Origin: Vicugna vicugna | Taxonomy: Eukaryota | Direction of reading: 5' to 3' | Assembly: GCA_013265495.1 (NCBI GenBank) | Contig: MU058287.1 | Location: forward strand, 558,001-622,000 | DNA length: 64,000 nt | Shown here: positions 1-13,456 of the stretch, in pieces | Layout of the letters: every line of letters starts with the position of its first letter | Numbering within the stretch: the stretch's first letter is position 1 | Notes under the pieces: model-generated | What the model was told of the DNA's origin: nothing | The model's database searches: none | What the model saw: the letters and a program-made list of their open reading frames with translations, nothing else | Translations under genes and position numbers: made by a program

Positions 1-692
1 TTGTCTGTTCCATTGGAGAATGGGCCTTGGATTCACGCCAAAGATGATAAAAGCCAACAACATCTATGCTATAAGGTGTCAAGCTGATGACTGTGCAGCT
101 GGGCATGTGCAGATTGCTGCAGGCAAATCCTGGGTAATTTGCATGCCACAAATATTGGCTCATTGGATCTGGCTGGCAAAGGAAACAGGAATTGCGGCAG
201 ATAGCAAACATGGCTTTGTCCCCTTAGGATCTCTTAGCCACAAATTAGGGCCATTACCAATTTAAAAATCAGCACCAATATTTAAATTTTGTCATTGTTT
301 TAAGAAGGACAAGCTAATTTAGATAATCCTAGGAACTGAAGTAATTTATGTGTACAGCACATTTACCTAATATAAGGAAATCAAACCTTTCTTAGATTCA
401 CTGTTAGATTCACATTAAGATGGTCTTATATTCAAACGTATGATCTCTACCCTGTCTACCTTCTTGTTGTTTGCAGAGAGCAAATGTTATCTCACTTACA
501 TAGAGTATAACTTTTTTTAGCTCAATTTGGATTATACTTATTGTTATGTGTCATTAATTGTTAACTTAACGATATTTCTTGGCTATTTATCTATATTGAT
601 ATGTATGAATATTTTAAATACTGTTCCATTGTTTGAACGTACCCAAAAGTATTTAGCCAGTTCATTTTGGGGGGTAATTTAGGATGTCTCTT

Positions 693-694
<2 letters not shown>

Positions 695-722
<28 letters not shown>
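695..722. repeat. (TG)14 microsatellite
   Basis: Perfect TG run read directly. Confidence 0.95.
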
Positions 723-729
<7 letters not shown>

Positions 730-924
730 TTACAAAAATGCCACACAAAGCACACATATTCAGAGATCGTTCTTCACTTAAAAATATCTATGGGACAAAA
801 GAAGGAAAAATAAAGAAAAGGGGGTAGGACACATAATAATGATACTTAGATTTTCTTGGGCTGGTAGTCTGTCTATTCCTAGCCCTCAAAGTGTTCTCAG
901 TGATAAATTTTTGCAAAATAGTAC

Positions 925-1466
925 AGTATTTGTTTTCTATACTGCGTAACAAATGACCACAAACTTAGCAACTTAAAACAGCACACATTAACTGTCTCAC
1001 AGTTTTTCTACATCAGGAGTCCAGGCATACCTTAGTTGGGTCTTTTGCAAGGCTACAATTAAGGTGTCCGTCAGAGCTGGGTTTGTATCTGGAGGCTCCC
1101 ATGGGGAGGGGTCTGCTCCCAAGCTCACTCAGGTTTTTGGCCAAATTCCAGTTCTCTGCAGCTCTAGGACACATGACAGCTTGCTCTGCAAAGCCAGCAA
1201 GGAGAGCGAGACTCTAAAGCAAATATGCTGTCAAGGCAGGAGTCTTATACCACATAACATAACCATAGGAGAAACATTCCATCAGCTTTGTGGTGTTAGA
1301 TCACATGGTCTTGGGAGTGACATCCCATGTCACACATCTTTGCCATGTTCTGTTGATTAGAAACAAGTCACTGGTCCCACCCTTATTCAAGGGGAGGGCA
1401 TTATACCAAGGTGTGAACACCAGGAGGCAGCCATCATGGGGAACCCCTTAGCATTTGTCCACTACA
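925..1466 (-). mobile_element. MaLR solo LTR, MLT1E/F-like
   Basis: Starts gtatttgttttctatactgcgtaacaaatgaccacaaacttagc and ends ...ccttattcaaggggagggcattatacc...ccactaca, the reverse complement of MLT1-type LTR ends. Confidence 0.8.
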
Positions 1467-2103
1467 AGGAGTCTCAAGCCAGCAAAGTTTGGCTGTCAAT
1501 TTCAAATGAAATCAGTGACATTTCTGGTGAAACAATCAAATGCTTCCAGAACAAGGTCAAAATAATATTTTCAGTATATAGCTGATGAATTATTTCAGTA
1601 AAGATGGAGGAAAAAACACAAATATTGACAATGGTCCTCTTTGTAGCAGAAAGAGACATGGTTTCTAATGTTTCTAAGAGCTAGTCACAAATTCAGTAAT
1701 CACTATTATGGCTTGAAAAGAAGCAGAGGAAAAATACTAGGAAAAATAATTTGCATATAGTTGGTGCTATAAAAAGGATCGTTAAATAATGAACATTTAC
1801 ATGGTAAATCAAGAAAAGCAGGAAAAGCTAATTTAAAAATTCCTTTATCAAAATTATCAAGTGACAGTGCTTTGGTGGAGAGGTTGAAATCTCAAAATTC
1901 CTGGCTCTCTGGTTGTTTTCAGTATCTAGTACCATCTGGAAGATCGCCCAAAGACTTGCCTGATCTACCTTTGTGAGCTTGCAGACCAAGTAGAAACAGA
2001 AATTAAGGAAACTCCTGAATGTGTACCCTGACCAACTGCTCAAATATAACAGTCTTGTTATACTGATGAAGGTGAAAATTTGCAAAAAGATCGCTCCTGT
2101 CAC

Positions 2104-2140
2104 TGATGATGATGATGATGGTGATGGTGGTGATGGTGGT
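2104..2140. repeat. Compound (GAT)n/(GGT)n trinucleotide repeat
   Basis: tgatgatgatgatgatggtgatggtggtgatggtggt. Confidence 0.9.
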
Positions 2141-2149
2141 TTATTAACT

Positions 2150-2375
2150 TGAAGAGCATTCCAGATAGAGAATATAACAAGTAGAAAGTCTCTGAAGGAA
2201 GGATCTGTTCTTTGAGGAACAGCAAAGAGGCCTCCAATGCTGGAACAAAGATGTGAGGATGAGAATTAAAAGATAGAGGGCTGGGGGTTCATGGAAGACC
2301 TTGCAGGTCACCGGGAAGTCTTTGACTTTTCCTCTGAGTAGAATGGAAAGTCATTGCAATGTTTTGATAAGGTGT
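2150..2375 (-). mobile_element. L2 LINE fragment
   Basis: gaagagcattccagatagag...tttgaggaacagcaaagaggcc...gactttt...gaatggaaagtcattg resembles the antisense L2 3' region. Confidence 0.65.
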
Positions 2376-2645
2376 TTCTCTAAGAGTTCTGGCAATAATA
2401 AATGACAGAAACAAACAAACAAACAAAAAGACTCCTAAATTGTAGTGTATATTTATAATAGATTCTTACATAAAACTAATAGAATATGCACCAGGGTATG
2501 TAGGACATATATCTTTGGTCCCTGTCTCAAATTCTAGAAATAAAACTTTAATTAATATAATTATACTAATTTTGAGTTAATTTTTAGAATATATTAAGTA
2601 GTAATCCTCTCAAATATATATTAACTTCAGAAAAAATACAACATA

Positions 2646-3142
2646 CAGATCTTCCTCAACTTATGATAGGGTTACCTCCCAATAAACCCATCGTAAGTTG
2701 AAAATAGCATAAGTCTAAAGTGCATTTAATACACTTAACCTGCCAAATATCATAGCTTAGTCTAACTTAAATGTACTCAGAACACTTATCTCAGCCTACA
2801 GTTGGGCAAAATCATCTAACACAAAGCCTGTTTTCCCATAAAGTGTTGAATATATCATGTAATCCATTGAACACTGTACTGAAAGTGAAACACAGAATGA
2901 TTGTCTGGATACAGAATGGTTGTAAATACATTGGTCGTTTACCCTTGTGATCACACGGCCAAATGGAACTGCGGTGGCTGCTGCTGTCTGGCACACGAGG
3001 GTGGGAACTCGTATCACTAGCCTGGGAAAAGATCAAAATTCAAAATTCAAAGTATAGTTTCTATACTGAATGCATATAGCTTTCACACCATCATAAAGTT
3101 GAAAAATCATAAGTCAAACCATTTTAAGTTGGGGGCCATCTG
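2646..3142 (+). mobile_element. Non-autonomous TcMar-Tigger DNA transposon (Tigger5/MER47-like)
   Basis: Imperfect terminal inverted repeats (cagatcttcctcaacttatg... / ...ttaagttgggggccatctg) flanked by TA at 2644-2645 and 3143-3144; internal sequence matches MER47-type elements as I recall them. Confidence 0.88.
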
Positions 3143-4089
3143 TACATGCTTTAAAAAAAGAACAGACAAATTAAAAGACGAGTTTACTTAGCAGGCAGAT
3201 TCGCCACACTTTTCATTCAAACATTAAGAATCTCTAACCCACAATGTTTTTGCACATAAGTGTAAGTATCTATTGTGCATTGCTCTTTGTAGGAGCTTGA
3301 ATAAATCCCTTTGTCCTCCTCTTTCCATTTTCTTGTTCAACTGCATATTTGTTTTTAATAATCAGTAGTTTACATAATTTATTCTGTTCCAAAATTCAAC
3401 TATGAATGACACCATCCCTTTCATTATAATTTTCTCTTTACCAAGGTGTCAAGAAATACATTTATTCTGTGTAGCATAAAAAAACCTCAGCCAAGGGTTG
3501 ATAGGGTCTGTTAAATGTACATGATTATGAATGGCTTTTAAAATAGTGTCCCTTTTTAACTGAATGATTTTTGAATCATTTTATTTTTCTAATTCTATGA
3601 GCCATCAGTGCTGTGCCTCATCAAATGACTATGGCTGCAAAGTACTCTGAAGTACAGTATGTCTTTTCAAAATAAACTAATGGATGAGATGTGCCTATAG
3701 TAATGTGACATTGTAAAACAAACATAACAGAACTTTATATAGTCAAAAGAGCTCTGATCTGGGATCTGATCACACTGGGAGTTTATATTTATGCCAACAA
3801 GGCTACTGTTAATGCAAAATATTTCCAAAAACTACTAAGTTAAAAATGTATTCATTACCACTTCATAAGTGACAAAAGGAAAAGAGAATTATTGTCTTGA
3901 ATTCACACTTTGTTTTATGTCCATGTAGCTAACCTACTTTTACTTTTCCTATCTAAATAATATTTGGTCCTTTCAAAAATAATCAAATTGTTCTGGGGAA
4001 AAGATCTTTGAGTTTTGGGGTGATAAAACCTGAATCATAGTGAGAGAGATGACTAAATCTCCACCATGTAATAGATGGAGAATCCAACA

Positions 4090-4300
4090 TGAATAAGGAT
4101 GGAGAGGATTTGAGTAACATGATTGACAGGCTTGATCTAATTGTTTAAATAGGTCTACATAAATTCCTTTTGGCACACATGGAACATATATAAATATTGA
4201 TTATTTACTAAATCACAAAAGAAATTTTAAGAACTTTGGAAGACTGACTTGATGCATAAAACATTTTGTGACCACAGTGCAATTAAATTAGAAGCCAATA
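4090..4300 (+). mobile_element. Ancient L1 ORF2 endonuclease-domain fragment
   Basis: Decayed translation HGTYINIDYLLNHK...CDHSAIKLE resembles the L1 EN motif HGTFSKIDHILGHK...SDHSAIKLE. Confidence 0.7.
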
Positions 4301-4848
4301 TGGCTACCATACAGATAGTGTGTTCTGGTTTCTAGACTGAATGAGAACTTGTTATTAACACCTTCACTTTACTCCGTTGATTCTTACTTTATATTTGTCT
4401 CTATGGGTAGATTGGTACATGGTGCCATGAATTCCCATAGGAAGGACATCCAGGTCAGGAGCTCTTCCTAGAAAAGTAACCCTTGGGCTGAAACCCAAAG
4501 GATGGACAGATGAGCAAAATTAACCAGGAGACTCAGAGTCCAACAGAACAGAATAAGATCCTCAGGCAAAAACCCTGAAGAGAGACACCGGAGAGCGGCT
4601 TGCTGTCTGGCTGAAGTGCACAGATGGAAGAGAGATGAGCCAAAAGATGAGGCAGACCTAGCCGGACTCGTCAAAGCCAGTAAAAGCTTACTGGATTTTC
4701 TATTTCTCCTGATTTAGCCCCAAAATGAACACTTCCCTTTATTCTTCTGTCAGCTAATACACTACTTCTAATATGCTATTATACCACTACTTAGTTGGAA
4801 AAATATTAAAGATATTTTTAAAATACAAGGGGCATTCTTGGACAGTTA

Positions 4849-5299
4849 TGTAGTGAGTTGAAAGGTGGCCCCCAAAATGCATGTTCACATCCTAACCCCA
4901 AGAACCTGTGAATGTGGAAAAACTGTCATTGCAGATGTGATTAAGTTAAGGATCTTGAGATGAGATCCCCCTGGATTACCCAGATGGGCCCTATATCCAA
5001 TAATAAATGTCCTTATGAGACAGAAGAGGAGAAGCTACAGACACACAGAGGAGAGGACATGTGAAGACCAAGACAGAGATTAGAATTATGTGACCACATG
5101 CCAAGGAACTCCGGGAGCCACCAGAAGCTGGAAGCTCCAAGGAAGGGTTTTCCCCTGGAGCCTTCGGAAGGAGCACTGCCATGCAAGCACCTTGATTTTG
5201 AACTTCTGGCCTCCAGAACTGTGAGAGAATAAATTTCTGCTGTATTAAGTCACCAAGCTTGTGATCATTTGTTACAACAGCCACAGGAAACGAAATACA
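4849..5299 (+). mobile_element. MaLR solo LTR (MLT1C/D-like) with intact 5-bp target-site duplication
   Basis: TG...CA ends (tgtagtgagttgaa...ggaaacgaaataca), internal aataaa, and AGTTA at both 4844-4848 and 5300-5304. Confidence 0.9.
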
Positions 5300-5610
5300 A
5301 GTTATTTAAATGAAATTTAGTTCTATATTTTCTCCTTACAACACTAAGGACACTCTAGATCTTTATGTATGTGACTAAGAAATAGTGTTTTTCCCACCCA
5401 TGTGTGGCCAAAGCCATATAAAGGCAAGTTGTGTATATCAGCTCCAGAGTCAGGGGCACTGTGGCACTGTTCTGATTGCCACAGGATCCTTGATTCAGAA
5501 CGTCCTTTCTATTTCACATACTGTATCCCCAAACCCTGGAAGAGGTCAGACACACTGGCATTGTACTGGTTCAGTTATACCATAAACAGTGTTTCAATCA
5601 AGGTCCTATT

Positions 5611-5621
5611 TTTTTTTAAAT

Positions 5622-5652
<31 letters not shown>

Positions 5653-7313
5653 TTAAAGTACAGTCAGTTTCAATGTGTCAGTCTCTGGTGTACAGCATGA
5701 TGTCTCAGCCATACATATACATACATACCTTCATTTTCATATTCTTTTTCACTAAAGGTTATTACAAAATATTGAATATAGTTCTCTGTGCTGTACAGAA
5801 GAAATTTGTTTTTTCTCTATTTTTATATAAAGTAGTTAATATTTGCAAATCTCAAACTCCCAAATTTATCCCTTTCCATGCCCTTTCCCCCAGGTAACCA
5901 TATGTTTGTTTACTATGTCTATGAATCTGTTTTTGTTTCATAGATGAGTTCATTAGTGTCTTCTTTTTCCTTTTTTTTAGATTCCACATATGAGTGATAT
6001 CTTATGGTATTTTTCTTTCTCTTTCTGGTTTACTTCACTTAGAATGACGATCTTCAGGTCCATCCATGTTGCTGCAAATGGCATTATTTTATTATTTTTA
6101 TGGCTAAGTAGTATTCCATTATATAAATATACCACAACTTCTTTATCCACTCATCTGTCGATGGGCATTTAGGTTGCTTCCATGTCTTGGCTATTGTACA
6201 TAGTGCTGCTGTGAACATTGGGGTGCATGTATCTTTTCGAATTAGAGTTCCCTCTGGATATATGCCCAGGAGTGGGATTGCTTATCATATGGTAAGTTTT
6301 TTGAAAAATCTCGATACTGTTCTCCATAATGGCTGTACCAAACTACATTCCCACCAGCAATGTAGGAGGGTTCCCTTTTCTCCACACCCTCTCCAGCATT
6401 TATCATTTGTGGAATTTTGAACGATGGCCATTCTAACTGGTGTGAGGTGATACCTCACTGTAGCTCTGATTTACGTTTCTCTGATAATTAGTGATATTGA
6501 GCATTTTTTCATGTGTCTGTTGGCCATTTGCATGTCTTCACTGGAGAATTGCTTGTTTAGGTCTTCTGCCCATTTTTGGATTGGATTGTTTGTTTTTTTC
6601 TTATTATGAATATTTACATAATCTGGAGATTAAGCCTTTGTCACATCATTTGAAAATATTCTCTCCCATTCTGTAAGTCATCATTGTGTTTTGTTTATAG
6701 TTTCCTTTCCTGTGCAAAAACTTGTAAGTTTAATTAGGTCCCATTTGTTAATTTTTGCTTTTATGTCTATTGCCTGGGTAAACTGCCCTAGGAGGACATT
6801 GCTAAGATTTATGTCAGAGAATGTTTTGCCTATGTTTTCTTCTAAGAGGTTTATCATATTTTGTCTTATATTTTAAGTCTTTAAGCCATTTTGAGTTTAT
6901 TTTTGTCTATGGTGTGAGGGAGTGTTCTAACTTCCTTGATTTATGTGCTGCTGTCCAATTTTCCCAACACTTGCTGAAGAGACTGTCTTTCTCCATTGTA
7001 TAGTCTTGCCTCCTTGGTCAAGATTAATTGACCATAAGTCTGTGGGTTTATTTCTGGGCTCTCTATTCTGTTCCATTGATCCATGCCTGGTTTGTGTGTG
7101 TGTGTGTGTGTGTGTGTACCTATACCACACTGTTTTGATTACCTTAGCTCTGTAGTATTGTCTGAAGTCTGGGAGGGTTATTCCTCCAGCTTCATTCTTT
7201 TTCTTCAGTATTGCTTTGGCAATTCTGGGTCTTCTGTGCTTCCATATAAATTTTATGATTATTTGTTCTAGTTCTGTGAAAAATGTCATGGGTAATTTGA
7301 TATGGATCACATT
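5611..7313 (-). mobile_element. 5'-truncated L1 (about 1.7 kb, relatively young) with ORF2 C-terminal remnant
   Basis: ORF 6927-7310(-) reads [60 protein letters not shown] (L1 ORF2). T-rich tail at the left end; TSD aaggtcctatt at 5600-5610 and 7314-7324, the latter followed by atttttaaa (TTTT/AA endonuclease site); internal (TG)12 at 7093-7116. Confidence 0.95.
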
Positions 7314-7598
7314 AAGGTCCTATTATTTTTAAATACTAGTTTCTATAAAACTTTTTTATTAGGAGGCAGTTCTTTATTGTCTGAATTGCAAACAGGCTTG
7401 CTTTTGGAAGCACTTAAAAACCTTAAAATAATGATCAATTGGCCAGAGCAATGAAGAACTATGTTAACACAGGTAAATAAAATTCATGAATAAAACAAAC
7501 ATTTCATTTGAGTCAAGGGCTTGAACCCTCCTATCGTCAACTCTCATTAAACCTGCAACCCGGGGTTCTGATTTGCGCATGACTTGTTTGAGTGTCTG

Positions 7599-8029
7599 TG
7601 TTATGGATTGACTTGTGTCCCTCTCACGTTCATAGGGTGAAGTCCTAACGCCTGCTTAGAATCTGTCTTTATTTGGGTAGGGTTCTTGCATATGGAGTTA
7701 GTGAAGGTGGGTCATTAGGGTGGGCCCCAATTTGATGTGACTGATGTTCTTATAAAAAGAGGAAATTTGGACACAGAGAAGGGCACACAGGGAGGAATAC
7801 CATGTAAAGGTGAAGAGAGATCAAGCGATGTTTCTACAAGCCAAAAAATGTCAAACATTGCCAGCAAACTACCAAAAGCTAAGTGAGAGGCTGGGAACAG
7901 ATTCTCTCTTTCTTAGGAGCCCTTATTCTAAGACTTCCAGGCTCCAGAACTGTGAGACAGTACATTTAGGTTGTGTGAGCTGCCGGTTTGTGATACGTTG
8001 TGGTACAGCATCCCCAGTAAACTAGTGCA
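7599..8029 (+). mobile_element. MaLR solo LTR (MLT1B/C-like)
   Basis: tgttatggattgacttgtgtccc...cattagggtgggcccc...ctccagaactgtgaga...aaactagtgca. Confidence 0.85.
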
Positions 8030-9684
8030 CTTGGTCTGTTCCATATTAATTTGCTTGATAATTATACATGAGCATCAAGACAGCTCATGACAACAGAAGG
8101 GAAAAACTTTTATATTATATTTCAGATTACTTCATTCTAAATTACTTTAGAATTAACTGTATTAATATATATTGCATGTATAATAATAAACTGAATATGT
8201 CATTATTTTGCAGAAACATCATTGGCACACGACTTATATAAATGTCTGCTTAAACAGGTCTTTTTTAAGAGCAAAATATTGCGCAGATAATCTACCCACT
8301 GACTCCTTGAATGGCTTCAGAATTGTATTCGATTAGATATAATCTCAAACCAAATTTAACTTTGCTTCTATTTGGAGACTATTTTAATGGCCCAATTTAG
8401 AAATATTTTGATTTATAGCTCAAGAATAATTAATGTTTGGGTTTAACTCAGTTTGGAATTCAATAAATTTTGGTAACCTTTTTGAGTGTGGAGTCAAGTT
8501 ATTGACCATAACAATTTCTAATTATCAACTGATCATAACAATTGATTATAATGAGTTGTATCATTCATCTATATTTAAGTCACGGACACTAAGGCAGGAT
8601 AATGTACCTACAGTGAATTTTGAAATTTAGTTCCACAAATCCCTAGAGATAAACAGAGGTAAAAATATTAACCTCACTATGTATAGGGCTCATAAATATT
8701 CAGATCTAGATAATGACATTTAATTTTCACCTTTACTTACCATTTGAAATCAGACCTCTAAGTATCTTTAATCTAGCTGTTTAGAATGTTAAATGTTTTA
8801 CTTGAAATGCACATTGAGTTTACAAGCAGCAATTTAATGTTCCATGATGCATTGACATTAAAATAAAGCACTGGAAAGAAATAATGTATTGCAACTTGTT
8901 TCTCCTTTGTGCAAGCCCCTACACACACTTCATGTTGTTTGCTGGGTATCAGGTAGATTAGAGGCAGCATGATTTCAGATGAAAGAATAAGCATCTGCCT
9001 ACCCTAGGGTTTTCAATTAAATTTTTTTCCGTCTCGTTAAAGAAAAGTAACTCAGCAGAATTCTAAGTAAAATGCAAATTTAAGGAACTAAGTAATGTTC
9101 CTTAAATGTTTAACAGCTGAAACGTCAAGCTATTAAAGATTTATACTTTTTCCATTGTACTGAAAGTAAAAGTCAACTTATTTGTAGAAAGATGCTTAAA
9201 ATAAACTGAAATTTTGCACTCTAGTACTGTAATCAGTCTGTGTTATTATAACATATTTAGACCCAAATGACTTTTAATGACATTCACTTGGACTCTTGAA
9301 TATTTTAGTCTCCTCTTGTTTTCATAATAGAAGATATGGGTTGTTTATTTAAAGTTAGATTCAGTGTTAGAGGGTGTGTTTTCTGAGTTTATGTTATAGG
9401 TCCAGTATCCCCCAGCTGAAAGAAAAGTGTGAATGTAGTGAAAGCATCTTTCAAATTTGTTTTACTGAGGGGTGAATTTGTCACAGGAAGGAAAAACTTC
9501 TGGTGAATATACTAAGAATGATTGTGCTGGCATTTATAATTCTCCACCTCTCCCATTTTTGAGAATATAGATACAGGACATGACATAATTTTTGTTTCAT
9601 GGTAATGTCTTTTAAATCAGTAGAAAAACAAAAATTTTAACTAGTAGTGTTTGGCATTATTAATGAACATTTTGGAGGAGATTA

Positions 9685-9900
9685 TATGTATCTCATCTCA
9701 CCCAACACACAAAAATAAATTACAGATGAAAGAAAGGTGTACATGTAAAAAATAAAAAGTACCAGAAGAAAATATGAAAAAAGTGTTTTTATATACCATG
9801 AGATATGAAAGTCATTCCTTAATAAAACACTAATGCAGAAACCATAAAATAAATGATTGAAAGGTCTGAGTATTTAAAAATGTAAAACAATGCTCTATAG
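9685..9900 (+). mobile_element. Old L1M fragment
   Basis: ctcacccaacacacaaaaataaattacagatg...ccagaagaaaatatg...gcagaaaccataaaa resembles the L1 ORF2 3' region. Confidence 0.55.
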
Positions 9901-10170
9901 AAAATACAAATTTAAAATAAACCAGGGGAAAATATTTATGCAGAGATAAACGTGTCAGAAACAATGGCATACTTTTTTAAACCTTTTATATTAAAATACA
10001 TGTTCTTCAGTCCTTTAACAAGTATGTAAATAATCATCTAAAATGTCTGAAGTCATAGACTGGCATCGAGAGACACAGATTAGACTCAAGTGGGTCCTTC
10101 AAAGGGCCCCAAACCTAGAGTTTCATTTCCATTGTGAGGGTCTGTCAATAAATGGTAATTTAAAAAAAAA

Positions 10171-10307
10171 TTTTTTTCTTTGAGGTGGGAGGCAATTAGG
10201 TTTATTTTTTATTTTTATTTTTTATTTAATGGAGTTACTGGGGATCAAACCCATGACCCTGTGCATGCTAAGCATATTCTCTACCGCTGAAGCTATACCC
10301 TCCCCCC
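10171..10307 (-). mobile_element. Camelid tRNA-Ala-derived SINE (Vic-1 type)
   Basis: Reverse complement begins ggggggagggtatagcttcagcggtagagaatatgcttagcatgcacagggtcatgggtttgatccccag (tRNA-Ala AGC head with A and B boxes), then AT-rich tail and aaacctaattgcctccc. Confidence 0.9.
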
Positions 10308-11269
10308 AATAAGTGATTATTTTTAAATTATAAAACTATATCCCACTTTAAAACCTTTAAATAGAGCAGGTATTATCCAACATCAGTGTCATAACATAGC
10401 TCTTTAAAGACTAAGGACTTTTTAAAATAACTAAATTAAGTAGCTTCCAAGTATCTGTGATATGAGTGACAGACCTCTAGGATCTTTTCACCTTTATTCA
10501 GCAGCCACACACAGACACATATATGTGTATTTTAATGCAGTGTGATCACTTCGTAGGTGTAACTTCATCCTCCCAGTACAACTGAGAAGGTGACCCACTT
10601 TGCGTGATTCATCACTGAACCACAGCCCCCTTTTCTGTGTTCATGGAGTAAATAGAGGAGATAATTCGAATTCCACTTTTCTTAAAATGTCAAGAGGGGC
10701 AGATGGACTCTAACCTCAGCTTTAAATTTAACCAAGAACATGGAAGGATTTGAGGCTGCTCAACGTGCTTCGCAAGGAATTTCCCCCCGAGCACTAATAT
10801 CTGAATAGCTTGAAAAAATATGCAAGAAAAGCTTTCGTCTCTCCTGACGTGAAGTTATGCTCAGCATGCTAACCATAAGGCCAGGGCTTAGCTTCAGAAC
10901 AGCAAAGAACAACATTTTCCCAGTCTTTGTAATGTTTGTGCTAAAATAACAGTCTTGTGATTATTATCATTATTCTCTATAGTCAACAGTTCTTAAGCGC
11001 CTACAGTGGGGCAAGGCTTGCTGCTAAGAAATTTAAAAAGGTGTTTTTAGCAAAGCTCTAAAGATTGAGTTTTTACCATGATATCAACAGTTACATTTTT
11101 TTAGGGGTAAAAAGAGCAGAATATTCTAGGTCTCCATTAAAATGTAGAACATTCTATCGTGACCAGTTGCTGGTGACCTATATTGATAATTGGAAACATT
11201 ACAAATTATTGAACCAGTATGAAGTCATATGTCACAATATAAACTTTACATCTTTTTTGTCACATAGGC

Positions 11270-11400
11270 AGTGTAATCTCCATTTTGCAGACAAGAAAGC
11301 AAGATTCAGAGGGGTGAAAAAATTTGCTAAGGTCCCACAGCTAATAAATAACAAGTTTCAAGCTCAGAACAACCTAACTCCAAACTGTACTCCTAAGCAA
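11270..11400 (-). mobile_element. MIR SINE
   Basis: ctccattttgcagacaagaaagcaagattcagagggg...tttgctaaggtcccacagcta is the MIR core. Confidence 0.75.
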
Positions 11401-11449
11401 TGATCATCTCAAAATTCCTGTGATTAATGGCAACAATGTAACATGTGTC

Positions 11450-12270
11450 CATTCATTCACATCTTCAGTGTGTTAGGCCCTGGGCTGTCTCTAGGAATAA
11501 AATGGTAAAGACAGGCTAGGTCCCTGCACTCACATGAGGTCCATGTTTTCAAACATGTAGTTGTTTGAAATGTATAAACCCTTACTATTAGTTAAATGGT
11601 ATAGGGAGCGGGGAATAAAGGGAAATAGACAGTCATAGAAAGACAACTTTATCTAGAGGCAAGGAAGGCCTCCTTGACAATTCGTTAGCTGAAGGGAGAC
11701 CTTGGATGAAGTGAGAGAGGATGAAGCCATGCAGATATTTGGGGACAGGAGCATTTGACACAGAAGGAACAGCAAGTGCTGTTCAGCAAGTGCAAAGGCC
11801 CTGAGGCAGGAATATGCTGGTGTGTGAAGACCATTAGGATGGTCAGTGTGGCTGGGGAGGGGAGGGTGAAAGAAATATGAGCAGAAATGAGGACAGAGAG
11901 CCTACTGGGGCCAGATCACAGAAGCTTTATAGGCTTTAGTGAGGATTTGCAATGTTTTTAAAATGTGCAACAGGAACCCAGTGCAGGTTAGTTTCGTTAA
12001 CCCTGGCTACGTGGAGAATGGATTGTGGAGGAGCCATGTGGAAAGAGTACGATTAGAAGGATGCTGCTGTGCTGTGAGGGAGAGGTGGTGGCTGAGATAC
12101 TGCAGCAGTCGGAGGTGGGGAGCAGGATGTGGATACCGACGAGTGGTTGCATTTCGGGTCTATTTTGAGAATTCAGGGGCTTCATTATTCCTCTGGGAAT
12201 ATGAATGAAACTCATAACAAAGTAGTGGAACAATAAAGACAGTGCCCGATGAAGAACTGCATTGTTAGCT
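11450..12270 (-). mobile_element. L2 LINE 3' region
   Basis: attcattcac tail; gaaggaacagcaagtgc...tgcaaaggccctgaggcaggaat...ggggccagatcacagaagct. Confidence 0.8.
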
Positions 12271-12954
12271 GCAAATTCCCCCACGTACCTCCTGCCTGTT
12301 GTTTGGAGAAGGCAGGACTGGCCACAGTGGTGGGTATTCTGAGATGGGGGAAGGTTGTTATAGCCTCGTTTGCATTTCCCCAAGAGCTCATTTAGTCATC
12401 AGTTTACCTTATTAATTAGTAAGAGTTCATCATAATTCTAGATAGATTTCTCAGAAGAATGAAATCCAAAGGACAAAAGGTTAGTAAATGGGTCTGATTG
12501 TCTATAAATTGGGAGTAACTGGAAGAGGAGGAAGTGAGGCACAGAAAAAGCAAAGCAGGGCTGATTTAGAGCGAAGGCTGCCATCAGTGGGGCAGGGAAG
12601 GAAAGACAGGAGACTCTGAGGGGTACAGAAATCTGAAGTCAGTTGTGGGGCTGTAGCCTGAGGTAGGAAGGCGTGAAGAGCGGGTGGGTGTTGAAAGGCT
12701 CTGAGGCACTAACACTCTAACTGGGGGGTGCTGGCGTGGTGGAAGGGGTAAGCCAGTGCCTCACTTCCCTGAGCGGACTGGGGAGCCTGTTTCCTGCAAC
12801 TGCTTCTCCTCCCCAGAACACGTGTGTGTGCGTGTGTGTGCGTGTGCACGTGGGTACGTGTCAGCTAAATAAAGCTGACCAGATCTTGCCTCCCCTCCTG
12901 GCTTCCAACTATCCTGTACCTCACCAACCACAGTCAACAGCTTTTCCTTCCTTT

Positions 12955-13456
12955 TGTGAATGAAAAATATTACAAGCCGTATCAGTAAACAAAGAATGCT
13001 GTGGCCATGGAGTCATCAGGCGCTCCCGCCACCTCCACCCCACCGCCTGACAGCAAGTGGAGGGAACTCAGGCTGCAGACAAGCAGGCAGCCACCCTCAA
13101 CGGTGCCCCCTGAGGGGACTCAGGATGGGAAATCACAGGGTACTGGCCCTAGAGAGCTAGGTGCACATCAAAAGAATGATTTCAATGAACCCAGACCTTT
13201 GCACCTTCCCATGCACAGAAAGGTGCTAAATTCCTTAAGATGTCTGATTTTCTTTAATTAACAGTAATCTTTTGATGTTCCAACCACCTGGTCTTTGTGG
13301 CAAAAACTCATGTATCCTGGCTTCTGCTTTGCCACTTTGGACTGCTCCCTCAGTGATCTGAGGGGCTGTCGTCCCAGGCTTAAGTCCTCAAAAATATCTG
13401 CCCAATAAAATGTAATTCTCAACGTTTTTAGCTTGTGCATTTTGTTTCAGTCAACT
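12955..13456 (+). mobile_element. ERV1-class solo LTR, MER41-like (cetartiodactyl type)
   Basis: Starts tgtgaatgaaaaat, ends tttcagtcaac; AATAAA at 13404-13409; internal ttaattaacagtaatcttttgatgttcc and ggcttaagtcctca blocks as recalled for MER41-like LTRs; no internal ERV sequence follows. Confidence 0.75.

Noticed and set aside
6927..7310. 127-aa ORF with clear protein similarity
   Set aside because: It is L1 ORF2 debris from a 5'-truncated copy, frameshifted at a (CA)n expansion; not a host gene or an active element.
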